In this document: positions 1 to 17,124 of the stretch, in pieces
How positions within the stretch are numbered: the first letter of the stretch is position 1
Layout: each line of letters opens with the position of its first letter
Source: the human T2T-CHM13v2.0 reference genome, Homo sapiens
NCBI RefSeq assembly: GCF_009914755.1
Contig: NC_060947.1
Direction: 5' to 3' (one strand)
DNA: 64,000 nt
Translations under genes and position numbers: made by a program
Notes under the pieces: model-generated
Told to the model about the DNA's origin: nothing
Database searches by the model: none
The model's input: only the letters and a program-made list of their open reading frames with translations

Positions 1-2674
1 ATTGCAAAGTTTCAACTTGAGGGTGAGAAAACTTGAAATGTCTTTACACAGAACCTGTTTCAGCAACTTCTTTTTGATATCGGGGGCTTCCTGAGTAATG
101 AACCTTTTTTTTTTTCTTTTTTATTGAATTGGGAGACAGGAGTGTGTTTCACTGAAGCTCTTCTCTGCCTTTCCAAAAAGGCAGGGGAATCTTCTTCTGG
201 TTTCTGGTTCAACAAGAACAGTTTAGCGTAATTAAGAGGTTTGGTTCTGGTTCTTTGCGAGCCTTTTAAAATGCAGATCAGAAAGTGTTTCTTTTCCACT
301 TATCTATGTGATTACTAGGGCTCCAATTAGGGTTTTCAAGGGGCACTGTTTCTCTTTCTGTTGGGAATGGGGATCCTGTCTCTTTTTCACCTTCTTTTAT
401 TTTAGACTTCTTCCTTTAAGACTTTTAGACTGGCTATAGGAGATATGCTGTTTATCACCTAATGTTTCTGCTGCCTGTAAGGCTGCCTGCTTTTCTGCAA
501 CAGTTAGGGTTTGGCTTAAAAGTAGCATAGCATCTCTCCATGTTAGATTAAACGCTTGCGTTAAATTTTGAAAAGCCTCTTTATGTTTATCAGAGTCATC
601 AGAGAACTTGCCTAGGTCCCCCTAAGGTCCTGAAATGAGAAGGGAACTTGAATCCTAGTGACACCATGCCCATCAGGCATTTCTTGGGGGGGCAACAGCA
701 AAGTTGGCAATTTCTTGAGTGGCACAACCAGAGGAGCTAATGATTTGGCTATTGGGAGCCCCTAAGAAGTGGGTCAGGTAGGGAACCCAGAAGTTGCATT
801 TTAGGGTTCCCCAATGGTTTGTCTCTCTGACTTTGGGTAATCATCCTTTGTAGGCTTGCTTGACATGGCTGCCAAAAGGGCAGGGTCAACTGTACAATAC
901 TTACAAAGATTCGAGTTTTCCCAAAAAGCAAAAAAAGCCTGTACATAGGAAACCTTGGAGCACTTGCCCTCCCACTTACAGAAAATATCTAGTTGTTGAA
1001 TAGTATAGAAATCAAGACTTCCCTCAGAAAGCCAGGTTTGTTCATCCCCAAGATGGGAACAAGGCCATGCCCCTGTGCAATAGAATATAAGCCAGAAGTC
1101 TCAGGGTCAAAGGCGTTCCAGTGATTCAAAATGCACTCAAGGGGAGTACTAACTGCAGATGGTTTGTTACTCATCTAGAAGGAGAAAGGGAGACAAGGTG
1201 TCCCTTATTCCTCTTCCTCCCATTTGTGTGACCCAGGGTGGAGAGAAAGAGAGAAAGTGTGTCCCCCTTCTCCTCCTTCCCCCTCTCCTCTGGGTCTCAG
1301 CAACCATCATAAGTGCCTCCCTATGGATACAAGTGTGACCTTTTATCCATGGTCCCAGAAAAGCTAGTCAGTAGGATTTCAAAACCTGTTCAAAACCTTA
1401 CCATTCTGTCCTGCTGGATTCCTAGATCCACCTAGCCCAGAAGGCTCCCACGGTACCCCAGAGGCTTGGGAGAGATTATGTAGTAGTTGGACCTGGGCAA
1501 GAGTTTTAAATGGAGGGAGTGTCCTAACACCATTTCTGGCTTCCCTTGCTATGGCTCCAGCAAAAAATCAAAATCCCATAGAATGGGACTGAATAAATTC
1601 TAAATGTAAAATTCATTTTCTGTTTAAATTCCAATGTAATTGAATGCAAAACAGCTGCCTCAAAGAGTGTAAAAATTGAATGGCTGCCTCTCCTTTGATG
1701 GGGACAGTATTGAAGCTAAAATCTGTCTTATCAAAATGTCTTCCTCCTGACTGTTGAAAGTGGAGTTTTTCTGTCTACAAAGAGGACATGGGGTCTGATC
1801 ACTGATAGAAGACCAAAAATGGAAAAGAATTGGGAGACTGGAAGTCTGGGAGAGAGAACGGACACGGCTCCCTACGGAGAAAAAAATCCCATTCCACTAG
1901 GTGGCACTGTAGGGTTAGAAATGTTAGGTAAACACTTCAAATTCTTTTCAGGCAAAAATTAGAGAGTTTTGGGGTTTGATAGGCTGTCCCTATAGCATGC
2001 CCCCCAGCATAAGAAAATTAACTTATCTCATAAAGGAACTGTTTAAATTTATTGGAAAATGATGAACTCTTATACGAAGAGAGAAACAATCCAAATGGAG
2101 CGGGGGATAGTCACTCGGGGTGAAGTATCCTCCCATACGATGCTATAAATGTCCATCATTGAGGGATAAAAGGGACCTTACTAGGTAAATACTTAAACGA
2201 AAATCTTGAATTCCCCCTGTTTCTAGGAAATCAGAAAAACAATAACTCTTCGAATTACATTCCTTATTACTAAGAAACCAACTGACTCTACCCAGCAAGA
2301 CTATATTTCTAGGTTGCAAAAACACCTGCAACATTGTATACGATGGGATAGGAGACTCGATAGCCGTGAGAGGAAAGAAGGAAAATTCGATAGGAAAAGA
2401 CTGGAAATCCTTGTGCCGACACCCTGACAGGCTGTCAAGGACTGGAGTTAGTCTACAGACCTTCAGATAATACTGGGGTGTAGCCCCAGCCAGAAATCTT
2501 CAGTCGCCCTAGGACCTTCTTCCAATCCCACGTGATGACTTAGGCCCTCCATGGAAGGAAACTAGATTGGAATAGACAAGAAGTCTCAGAAATGAAAGTA
2601 AAGAGTTAACATTAAAGGTCCACTCTTATTCATCCTTTTAATGAATTATCTTCTTCCCAGTCAATACACTAAGA
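1..2674 (-). mobile_element. ERV1 (HUERS-P3-like) internal region: leader and decayed gag; continues beyond window start
   Basis: Minus-strand frames give a gag N-terminus (MSNKPSAVSTPLECILNHWNAFDPET, 989-1174) and a capsid major-homology-region-like segment (RTRTKPLNYAKL...QKPEEDSPAFLERQR, 60-299), typical of class I ERV gag. It abuts a PBS and an LTR. Confidence 0.85.
2654..2671 (-). promoter_or_regulatory. Retroviral primer-binding site, tRNA-Gly(GCC)-like
   Basis: Minus strand TAGTGTATTGACTGGGAA, 3 nt after the LTR terminal CA. Matches TGGTGCATTGGCCGGGAA (complement of the tRNA-Gly 3' end) at 14/18; all mismatches are transitions. Confidence 0.75.
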
Positions 2675-3387
2675 TGTAAGTCTTTCGTTGTCTGAGATAA
2701 TGCCTGGAGTTCTTGGTCCTACCTCCAAGACGATTAAGGAGAGTGGACACAAAGGTGAGGTTAGAGTGAAAGTTTAATAAGTGAAAGAAAAAAGCTCTCT
2801 GTCAGCAGCGAGGGGGTCTCAAATGGGAGTACCCACTATGAGGCTGGGGTCAAGGGATTTTATGAATTGGGAAGAGAAAAAGATATGCTTAGTCTGCGGG
2901 CTGCCTTGGCAAATACATGACTCAGCTTGGCCTGGGACCTTGGTCCAGGAACAATCAGGAGCTGAAGTGATGAATCATAGAAGCCAGACTTATAGTCCTA
3001 ACAAAGGAAAGTAGAGTGCCCACCGGAACCCACTGGAGCCCACTGTGCCCATGCCCACAAAAGGAGAAGAAACTTTTCCTGGGACTCCACTGACTATGCA
3101 AAGGACAAAGGCATTTCCATACCAGGCCTTGTTCCCTTGTCTGAGTGAGCTCTGGAGGTTTGTACAAGTTTTTATCCACATGGGCTAAAGGTTTTTTCTA
3201 TCTGCAGCCATGGGCATGCAGCCAGGCACAATACCCTGTGCTAGTTTCCTTATCTGTGCTTGCAGCTTGAATTTTTTTCCCGGGCTGCTTTTTATGTTAT
3301 GTGGGAATGAGACACTGACCAATGGGCCATGGGCTCTCCAGGACCCTTCCCTTGTTATCTACCTAAGAAAGCTATCTAATCTCCTTT
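2675..3387 (-). mobile_element. 5' LTR, LTR9 family (LTR9B-like)
   Basis: Minus strand follows the recalled LTR9 consensus (AAAGGAG...CATAACATAAAAAGCAGCC...ATTAAACTTTC...GACTTACA). It has an ATTAAA poly(A) signal and ends in CA next to the PBS. Confidence 0.85.
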
Positions 3388-6300
3388 GGGAGATTTTAAT
3401 ACCCCACTGACAATATTAGACAGAGCAGCAAGATAGAAAATTAACAAAGATATCCAGGATCTGAGCTCAGCTCTGGATCAGCTGGACCTGATAGGTATCT
3501 ACAGAACTCTCTACTCAAAACCAACAGAATATACATTCTTCTCATTGCCACATGACACTTACTCTAAAATTGATCATATAATTGGGAGTAAAACACTCCT
3601 CAGCAAAGGCAAAAGAACAGAAATCATAACAGTGTCTCAGACCACAGCACAATCAAATTAGAACTCACGATGAAGAAACACACTCAAAACCACACAACTA
3701 CATGGCAATTGAACAACCTGCTCCTGAATGACTACTGGGTAAATAAAGAAATTAAGGCAGAAATCAAGACGTTATTTAAAGGTAATGAGAACAAATAGAC
3801 AATGCACCAGAATCTCTGGAATGCAGCTAAAGCAGTGTTAAGAGGAAAATTCATAGCACTAAATGCCCACATCAAAAAGCTAGAAAGATCTCAAGTTGAC
3901 AACCTAACATCACAACTAAAAGAACTAGAGAAACAAAAGTAAACAAATGCCAATGCAAGTAGAAGAAAGGACATAACCAAAATCAAAGTATAACTGAAGG
4001 TAATGGAGACAGTAAAAACCCTTCAAAAAATCAACAAATCTGGGAGCTGATTTTCCAGAAAAAATTAATAAAATAGATAGACCCCTAGCTAGACTAATAA
4101 AGAAAAGAGAGAGGAATCAAATAGATACAATCAGAAGTGATAAGAGGGATATTACCACTGAGGCCACAGGAATACGACCAACCATCAGAGAATACTATAA
4201 ACACATCTATGCAAAGAAACTAGAAAATCTAAGAAGAAACGGATACATTCCTGGACACATACACCCTCTGAAGACAGAACTAGGATGAAATTGAATCCCT
4301 GAATAACAATAACAAGTTCTGAAATTGAGGCAGTAATAAACAATCTACTAACCAAAAAAAGCTCAGGACCAGGCAAATTCACAGTTGAATTCTTTGAAAG
4401 GCACAAAGAAGAGCTGGTACCATTTCTACTGAAAGTATTCCAAACAATTGAAAAGGAGGAACTCCTCCCTAAGTCATTTTATGAGGTCAGAATCATCCTA
4501 TACGAAAACCTGACAAAGATAAAACAAAAAAGAAAACTTTAGACCAATATGCCTGATGAATATCAATGCAAAAATCCTCAATAAAATAGTTTCAAACCAA
4601 ATGCAGCAGCACTTCAAAAAGCTTATCTACCATGATCAAATTTTCTTCATCCTCGGGATGCAAGGTTGGTTCTACATACACAAATCAATAAATCTCATTT
4701 GTCACATAAACAGATCTAAGGACAAAATCCACATGATTATCTCAATAAACACAGAAAAGGCCTTTGATAAAATTTAATAATCTTCATGTTTAAAACTCTC
4801 AAAAACTAGGTATTGAAGGAACTTATCTCAAAATAATGAGAGCCATATATGAGAAACCCACAGCCAATATCCTACTGAATGGGCAAAAGTTGGAAGCATT
4901 CCCCTTGAAAAAAGGCACAGGAAAAGGGTGCCCTCTCTCACTACTTTTATCCAACAAATTATTGGAATTTCTGGCCAAGGCAATCAGGCAAGAGAAAAAA
5001 AACAAAGGGTATTCAAATAAGAAGTGAGGAAGTCAAATTATCTTCGTTTGCAGGTGACATAATCCTATGTCTAGAAAACTCCATTGTCTCAGGCTAAAAG
5101 TTTCTAAAGCTGATAATCAACTTCAGCAAAGTCTCAGGATACAAAATCAATGTGCAAAAATTGCTAGCATTTCTATACACCAACAACAGGCAAGCAGAGA
5201 GCCAAATCATGAATGAATTTTCATCCACAATTGCTACAAAGAGAATAAAATACCCAGGAATACAGCTAACAAGGGAAGCAAAGGACCTCTTCAAGGAGAA
5301 CTGCAAACCATTGTTAGGAAATCAGAGAGGACATGAATAAATGGAAAAACATACCATGCTCATAGATAGGAAGAATCAATATCATAAAAATGGCCATAGT
5401 GCACAAAGCAATTTATAGATTCAATTTTATTCCCATTAAACTACCATTAACATTCTTCACAGAATGAGAAAAAAACTATTTTAAAATTTATATGGAACCA
5501 AAGAAAAAAAATAGAGCCTAAATAGCCAAAACAATTCTAAGCAAAAAGAACAAAGCTGGAGGCATTATGCTACCTGACTTTAAACTGTACTACCAGGCTA
5601 CAGTAACCAAAACAGCATGGTCCTAGTACAAAAACAGACACATAAGCCAATGGAACAGAATAGGGAACTCAGAAATAAGACCACACACCTACAACAATCT
5701 GATCTTTGACAAACCTGACAGAAACAAGCAATGGGGAAGCGATTCCCTATCTAATAATGGTGCTCAGAGAACTGGCTAGCCATATGCCAAAAATTGAAAC
5801 TAGACCTTTTCCTTACACTTTATACAAAAATTATCTCAAGATGGATTAAAGACTTAAATGTATAACCCAAAACTATAAAACTCCTAGAAGAAATTCTAGG
5901 CAATACCATGCAGGACATAGGCACCAACAAAGATTTCATGATGAAGATGTCAAAAGTAATTGCAACAAAAGCAAAAATTGACACATTGGATCTAATTAAA
6001 CTAAAGAGCTTCTGCACAGCAAAGAAACTATCATCAGAATGAACAGACAACCTACAGAACGGTAGAAAAAATTTGCAGTCTCTCCATTGGGCAAAGGGCT
6101 TATATTCAGAGTCTACAAGTAACTTAAACAAATTTCCATGAAAAAAAATACATCCCCATTAAAAAATGAGCAAGGACATGAACAGGCACTTCTCAAAAGA
6201 AGCCATTTATGTGGCCAACAAACATATGGAAAAGAATCTCAACATCACCTATCGTTAGAGAAATGCAAATCAAAACCACAATGAGATACCAACTCATGCC

Positions 6301-7012
6301 AGTTGGAATGACAATTATTAAAAAGTCAAGAAACAACAGATGCTGGCGGGGTTGCATAGAAAAAGGAACATTTTTACACTCTTGGTGGTAGTGTAAATTA
6401 GTTCAACCATTGTGGATGACAATGTGATGATTTCTCAAAGATCTAGAAGCAGAAATACCATTTGACCTAGCAATCCCATTACTGGGTATATACCCAAGAA
6501 AATATAAATCATTCTATTATAAAGATACATGCACATATATGTTCATTGCAGCACTTTTTACAATAGCAAAGACATGGAATCAACCCAAATGCCCATCAAT
6601 GATAGACTGTATAAAGAAAATGTGGTACTTATACACCAAGGAATGCTATGCAGCCAAGGAAAGAATGAGATCACGTCCTTTGCAGAGACATGGATGGAGC
6701 TGTAAGCCATTATCTTCAGCAAACTAATGCAGAAACAGAAAACCAAACATTGCATATTCTCTCTTATGCATGTGAGTTGAATGATAGGAAGACATGGACA
6801 CATGGCGGGGAGCAACACACACTGCAGCCTGTTGGGTGCTGCTGGACGAGGGAGAGTGTCAGTAAGAATAGCTAATGGATACCGAGCTTAATACTTAGGT
6901 GATGGGTTGTTAGGTGCAGCAAACCACCATGGCACAGGTTTACCTATGTAACAAACCTGGTCGTCCTGCGCATGTACCCCAGAACCTAAAATAAAAGTTG
7001 AAGAAAAAAAGA
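3388..7012 (+). mobile_element. L1PA (about PA11-PA14), ORF2 endonuclease to 3' end, decayed
   Basis: Starts at GDFNTPL (EN domain). RT fragments appear in the ORF track (4556-5340). L1PA 3' UTR ends ...CCCCAGAACCTAAAATAAAAGTTGAAGAAAAAAA. Confidence 0.95.
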
Positions 7013-9140
7013 AACACAAGAAACATGAAAAATACTACACTGAGATACACCAAAATCAAATTGCTTAAAAGCAGTGGTGAGAAAATCTTAAGAGCTGCCC
7101 GGGGTAAGAGATTCCAATTTCCATCAGAAACAGTATAAGCAAGCAGAGAGTGGAGGAACATCTTTAAAGTACTGAAATAAAATTTTCAATCTATGCTTCT
7201 GAGCCAAATGAAATTTCTTTCAAAAGCAAAGGTGAAATAACAGTTTTTCAGATATACGACAGCTGAAATAACTAATCCCACCACACATGCACTTCAAGAT
7301 GTGTTAAATGAAGTTCTTCAGGCCAAAGGATAATGATACCAGACATACATCTGGATCTACACAAAGGAATAAAGGGCAGCAGAAATGGTAACTCTATGGG
7401 TAAAAAACAAGACAATATTTGTCGAATTATTTGTTTTTTTTATAAAAGGTAATTGATTGTTAATGCAAAAATAACAACAATATACTGTGGGGTTATACTT
7501 AAAGTGTATGCCAATTGCAAGGAGCTTAAGAGGAAAGAGATGGAAATTTATTGTTGTAAGATACCTTGAGTAAACATGAAGTGGTATAATATCTCTTAAA
7601 TGTGACAAGTGAAAATAATATACCATAAAACCTACAGCAACCCTTAAACTAACAAAGCAAAGAGTTATATTAATAAGCTAACAAGGGATATAAAGTGGAA
7701 TCTTAAAAATTACTCAGTTAATCTAAAAGGAGGCAGAAAAATAAGATACAAGGAGCAAAAGAAAAGCTAGAACAAATGGAAAATTAATAGCAAGAAGGTA
7801 GATTTAAACCACTTACAAAGTGAATTTAAGTAGGAAAAGGACAACTTTTTTAAGACATGGTACTGTAACACATTGAGATCCATTTAGAAAATGTAAAACA
7901 AACAAATCAAACCTCCAATTCATACCTCCTACTATAAACAAAATTAACTCAAAATGGATTATGGATTATAGGCTGAAATCAAAATTCTATAACTACAAAA
8001 CCTCTAGATGAAAATGTTGGAGAAAATTCTTGCAACATTGGGTTAGGCAAGAATTTTTAAATATAACACCAAATACACAACCCATAATAGAAAATAATGA
8101 TATATTGGTCTTCATCAAAATTAAAAACTCCTGCTTTTAGAAGTTTAGAAAACTGCTTTTTATTCATTAAGAAAATGAAAAGAAATATTGTAGTCTGAGA
8201 GATAAAAGATTTGTATCTAGAAGATAAAAAGGACTCTCAAAACTTGAGAAAACTACCAAGTTTTTTAAAATGGGCAAAAAGTTTGAACACATTTTATTAA
8301 AAAAATACAGATGGTAATATGCACATGAAAAGCAGCTCAATATTATTTTTTAGGAAAGTGCAAATTAAATCCACAACGTGATATTACACATCAGGCTACA
8401 ATTAAAAAGACTGACCACACTAGATTATGGAGGAACTGGAACTCTCACATACTGCTAGTTTGGCTATAAAATGATACAAACACTTTGGAAAGATTTTGGT
8501 AGTTTCTTACATATTAAGCATACATCTGCATTATTATTCTGACATTCCACTTTTAGATATTTACCCAAAAGAAATGACAGCATATATCTATAACCAAAAA
8601 CTGGAAACAACCCAAATGTGTATCAACATGTGAGTGAATAAATGTTTTATATCCATACAATGAAATACAAGTCAGCAATACAAATAAATAAATGATTGAT
8701 ACTCACAACATAAATGAATCTCAAAATAATTGTGCTTAGTTAAAGTATTCAGGCAAAAATACTATTTACATAAAAATATTTACATATTATTACATAAAAA
8801 TTACATATTACATATTACTTATATATTACATATTTATATTTACAAAAAAAAGAAAATTCAAACTGATCTTTAGTGACAGAAAGGTCAGTAGTTGCTTGAG
8901 AATAGAAAATAGAGGGGCAGGAAGGGAGAATACAATGAGGCACCTGGAAAATTTTGTGAGTGTTGATTATGTTCACTATTTTGATTGTGGAGAGTATTCC
9001 ACAGGTGTATACATATTTCAAAACTTATCGAAATTGTACATTTAAAAGCATGCAGTTTTGTCTCCTGGCAGGGAGCGTGAAAAATAAAAATAAAAGTGTG
9101 CAGTTTATTGTAGGTAATTTATGCCTCAATAAACCTATTA
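7013..9140 (+). mobile_element. Old L1M (L1MD/ME-like) fragments: ORF1 part, ORF2 3' part, 3' UTR
   Basis: ORF1-like sequence (CCATCAGAAACAG...AACATCTTTAAAGTACTGAAA), degraded ORF2 tail, and 3' end AAATTGTACATTTAAAA...ATGCCTCAATAAA. Confidence 0.75.
9059..9091 (+). mobile_element. 33-bp TPRT micro-insertion with A-rich tail and 15-bp TSD
   Basis: Flanked by AAAAGCATGCAGTTT (9044-9058) and AAAAGTGTGCAGTTT (9092-9106), at a TTT|AAAA site, with tail AAAAATAAAAAT. Confidence 0.75.
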
Positions 9141-9199
9141 CAACAAAACAAGTAAACAAAAAGTACTAGAAAGAGGCATTCCTTTTTTTTTTTTTCCAC

Positions 9200-10260
9200 T
9201 TGGTTTAAGGAAAGATGCTGTAAGGTTTAGATGCCATAAAATAAAATACTATAAAATTAATAAATACAAACTAAAAACTTATTTAACTGGAAAATACCAT
9301 TTGAGTGTCAAATGACACACTGAAAAATATTTGTTGGTTAGAATAAATTTTCCTTAAAGAGCTCTTGTAAATCAAAAATCACAATTTGAATAATCCAACA
9401 GAGAAACAATGAGGTAAGGGGGTGCTCAGGCAATTGCAAAAATACCAACAGAAAATAAATATTTTAAAATGTACTTGTCATCAATTATTAATAAATAAAA
9501 TAAAATCAAAACTAATTATAAGCTACCATTTAATCACTCTAAATAAAGTTTAATATTTTTTTTTGGTGAGGATATATGTAAATGAGCATTCATACTATTT
9601 ATTTAATTATATATTGATTCAACCTTCCTGGATGGTAATCTGTCCACATATTACAACATAAATGAACATTTTTCCTTCCATTTCCACTGCTGTAAAGTAG
9701 GTCTATAGGTATAGTCACAAGAGTACATTAGTATATATGTGCAAGGGTTGTTCTATTATTTGTAATGGTAAAAGCTGTAAATAACTTTTCTGAAAATGGG
9801 TGATTGATTACATAAATTATAGTATACTCATAAAATCAAATTCTAACAGACTTTGAAAGAAATCAGAACCATCTATATATACTGGTGCAGAAATATTTTC
9901 ACAATACATTATGTGAAAAAAATCAATTTATATAATAATCTGGATGGGACAATTACATTTATATTACATATTTCTATATGAACATATTTTATCTATGTAT
10001 ACACACCAAGTCTGTCTGTCTGTATATCTATCATCTACCTTGTATATGTCCTTGTGCATATGTGTGTATATATAATATTTATGTTTTTAATATGCATATA
10101 TTATCTAGCACAACACATACATTGTTTGCACTATGTTTCTCTAAGGAGTGTGACAGGGAGCTGAATAGAACTTTTACATTTTATTTTATACTCTGTGTAT
10201 TGCTTCCATTTTCTGTCATGAGCATTATTATTATAACAAAATATATTAATAAAATATTGT
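9200..10260 (+). mobile_element. Very old L1ME-like 3' fragment
   Basis: Degraded ORF2-tail and 3' UTR motifs (GGTGAGGATATATGTAAATGAGCATTCATAC; AAATTATAGTATACTCATA). Confidence 0.5.
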
Positions 10261-10327
10261 CAGATTTATTTTAATAAAAGTTTTATATTACATCTGTTAC
10301 TTAAACATCACAGCAAAAATACAGAAC

Positions 10328-14298
<3,971 letters not shown>

Positions 14299-14611
14299 AG
14301 AGCTTTCAAGTGTAACAGTCATCAGTTTTAATGTATACTTGTGAACTTATTTTGACATTTGGAGAGCTACATCATCCTATTTTTTTTTATTTGGCTTTAC
14401 ATGATATTCATCTCCTCCTTACATATCTTTAGTCCACATATAAGTAAATGGATTTAATATTATCAGGTGTAAACCAATGTGCCACTGATTCTGAAAATAC
14501 ACATCTGCAGAGTTTTTCTATTATAATGAGCTAATAGCAATGCCAAATTAGGTTTCAATGACTCAATAAAAATATGAAACATAAAATGTATTATGTATTT
14601 TACCCATATAG

Positions 14612-15149
14612 CCACAGGAAAATTTCAAAAGGTACAAATGGCACCTATATTTAAAATGACCAGTATTCCACTGAATAAACTTTTCTAAAAGAATTATTTG
14701 GTCAGAGCCACATGATTATCATTGGAGCTATCTTGGTGAAAACATGGAATTATGGCCAGGTGGAATGTGTCATTTTGATAATATATAAAATAGAGTAAAT
14801 AAATGATAGAAATCAAACTAGCTTATGCCTAGCTGAAGAACCAGGCAAAAGAACTTGAAATAGAACTTGGAAGTTTGGGAGGAAAGTGAAGTAGTTATCC
14901 AGATAATGTTAGAATGGTACTCAGATAGCTAACTCAGTTATCTACTGCACCTTATTGTTTAGTAGACAGCCTGTATGAAAAATGTCATAACATCATCAAA
15001 CGTGCACATCTGTTTTATGAATTGTGGAAAAAGAAATGAAACAGAAGACTCTGGTACAGTATGGAAAGATAGAATACTTAAAGTAAGAAGAAGAAAAGAA
15101 TAAATGAACAGTTTTGACAGACAAAAGTTAAGATTGTCTATTCTTCTTG
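14612..15149 (+). pseudogene. Pseudo-exon A (538 nt)
   Basis: catatag|CCACAG...TTCTTG|gtaata. Gives 180 codons if two 1-bp deletions are assumed (~14802, ~15032): PQENFKRYKWHLYLK*...VDSLYEKCHNIIKRAHLFYELWK/KEMKQKTLVQYGKIEYLK*...DCLFFL. Nine stops, so weak on its own. Confidence 0.45.
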
Positions 15150-15694
15150 GTAATAAATCAAACATTGGAAATTATAGAAACCTAAAAAGATACTCCAGGG
15201 AGAAGAAAATAAATTGGTGGATCAAATGTAGAGCCACACAAATGCTGGTCTTTAATTTTAATCACTACTTAATTAGTGATCTTATCCCTAGGGTTTGAAT
15301 GTACTGGCTAACTTTAAATTCATACCTCTTTATGCTTTGCATTTCTATTAGCCATAAAAAAACTGTTGTGTTATTTCCTTTAAAAATACAAAGTTATCAT
15401 GTGAACCTACTCTAGTTTAAAAGTGTAAGCTGTGAATAATATATTATCTCCATATGGTAGCAAAATGCCTTTGAACTCTTAAACATTAATGCACCACACA
15501 TTTTCAATACATGTTGCCTGACTCTCCAGATAATATGTATGTAATTATACTGAAGTTCCATTTGATCTTATTAACACTTTGTTATTTTAATTTGAATGAT
15601 TGTTATAATCATCAATTTGATAAAGGTACCTAATTTTTATTCTGTCATTCTCCTTTAATAACTTAAGGTCTAGTTATTGAAAAGGGTAGCTATC

Positions 15695-16054
15695 TGTATT
15701 AGTCCATTTTCATGCTGCTGATAAAAACATACCTGAGACTGGGAAGAAAAGAGGTTTAATAGACTTACAGTTCCAAATGGCTGGGGAGGCCTCTCAATCA
15801 TGGCTGAAAGCAAGGAGGAGCAAGTCACGTCATACATGGATGGCAGCAGGCAAAGAGAGAGCTTGTGCAGGGAAACTTCTGTTTTTTAACACCATCAGAT
15901 CTCATGAGACTCATTCACTATCATGAGAACAGTGCAGGAAAGACCTCCTCTCATAATTCATCACCTCCCTACCAGGTTCCTCCCACAACACATGGAAATT
16001 GTGAGAGTTGCAATTCAAGATGAGATTGGGTGGGAACACAGTGAAACCATATAA
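15695..16054 (-). mobile_element. THE1 (THE1A/B-like) MaLR solo LTR
   Basis: TGTATTAGTCCATTTTCATGCTGCTGATAAA...AAACCATATAA; 5-bp TSD CTATC/CCATC. Confidence 0.95.
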
Positions 16055-16463
16055 CCATCTAACAAAAAAAATAAATGAAATGTGATATATTGAATAATTA
16101 TTTGTAATTTAATTTTGAAATGGCCCTCAGTCACTTCTCTGTTAAAGTTGAAGTGCTCACAACATTCATTGGAATCTGCTAAGGAACTATTTATTTGAAA
16201 AGAAAGCTAAGGTTCACAGGTAACTATGGTCACACACTTGTGGGCTTTTGTTGTACATGTGCCATTTGCCTAAGGAATTGAAGAGGTTACAGGTATATGT
16301 TTAAGATTATATTTTTTTCACTGATAATGCCTTCCAAATGATATTGCCCTCTCATAAAAATTACTTTGTTTTTTTTAGCTTGTGGTTAATAATTTATATA
16401 GAAGTAACAGAAATAATTTTTCTTTTTCTTTTCAATTCATTTTTTTTTCCCATGGTGTTACAG

Positions 16464-16755
16464 AGAAAGCAAAATATTTTTGTGGCTAAAGTCAACAGGA
16501 TGTGAATGCTGATTCTTGTGACATGTCAAACTTTGGTCCAGTAATTCTAGAGTCTGATGCCATTTGAACTTATTATTTATTATTTATGTATTGCCAAAGT
16601 GTCTCTAATGAGTCAAGAAAAAGTTATACAAAGAAGTGAAAGAAGACTACTAATTAACTTAATGAAAATGATGGTTTAACAAAAAATATAGATAAGGAAA
16701 ATATAGTTTCCTGAAGAGTAAAAAGCATCTTTGCATGTTAGCTGTGGCAATACAG
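16464..16755 (+). pseudogene. Pseudo-exon B (292 nt)
   Basis: Long pyrimidine tract then ttacag|AGAAAG; ends ATACAG|gtactg. Phase-0 start RKQNIFVAKVNRM*MLILV and phase-0 end HLCMLAVAIQ; needs an internal frameshift and has many stops. Confidence 0.4.
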
Positions 16756-17124
16756 GTACTGTGTTAATTTTCAAGCTGATTTCTTATAGTTTTGTTTGTT
16801 TGCCTGCTCTTGGTCATTAAGACAAACTTGCTTCTACCTAATAGGCTGCAGTTTTTATCTTTGTGCTAGGTTTCTATTTTCATGTCATGCTCTGAAGAAC
16901 TTGACTAAGACTCTTCCCAAGTAGTCTTCTTGGTACTTACAACAACCTTGAGCATAACCACGGGCCCCATATGGAGAAATGTTTAAATTTCTCCCTCTTA
17001 ACATTTTGCTTCATGTCAAATTTATAAGTTATCCATTTTTATGGAATTTTCATTTAAAAAGCTTGTCTTAACTTTTTGTACTTTTCATTCCCACTGCCAA
17101 CTTTGTGGTCAGACTCCCATAACC

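Noticed and set aside
8757-8845. Irregular ATTACAT/TATTTACAT repeats
   Set aside because: Low-complexity AT slippage inside an old L1; no regular unit or spacer structure.
9061-9075. CCTGGCAGGGAG resembles the U1 snRNA 5' end or the tRNA-Asp 3' end
   Set aside because: The match is too short and the flanking bases disagree, so no RNA gene is called.
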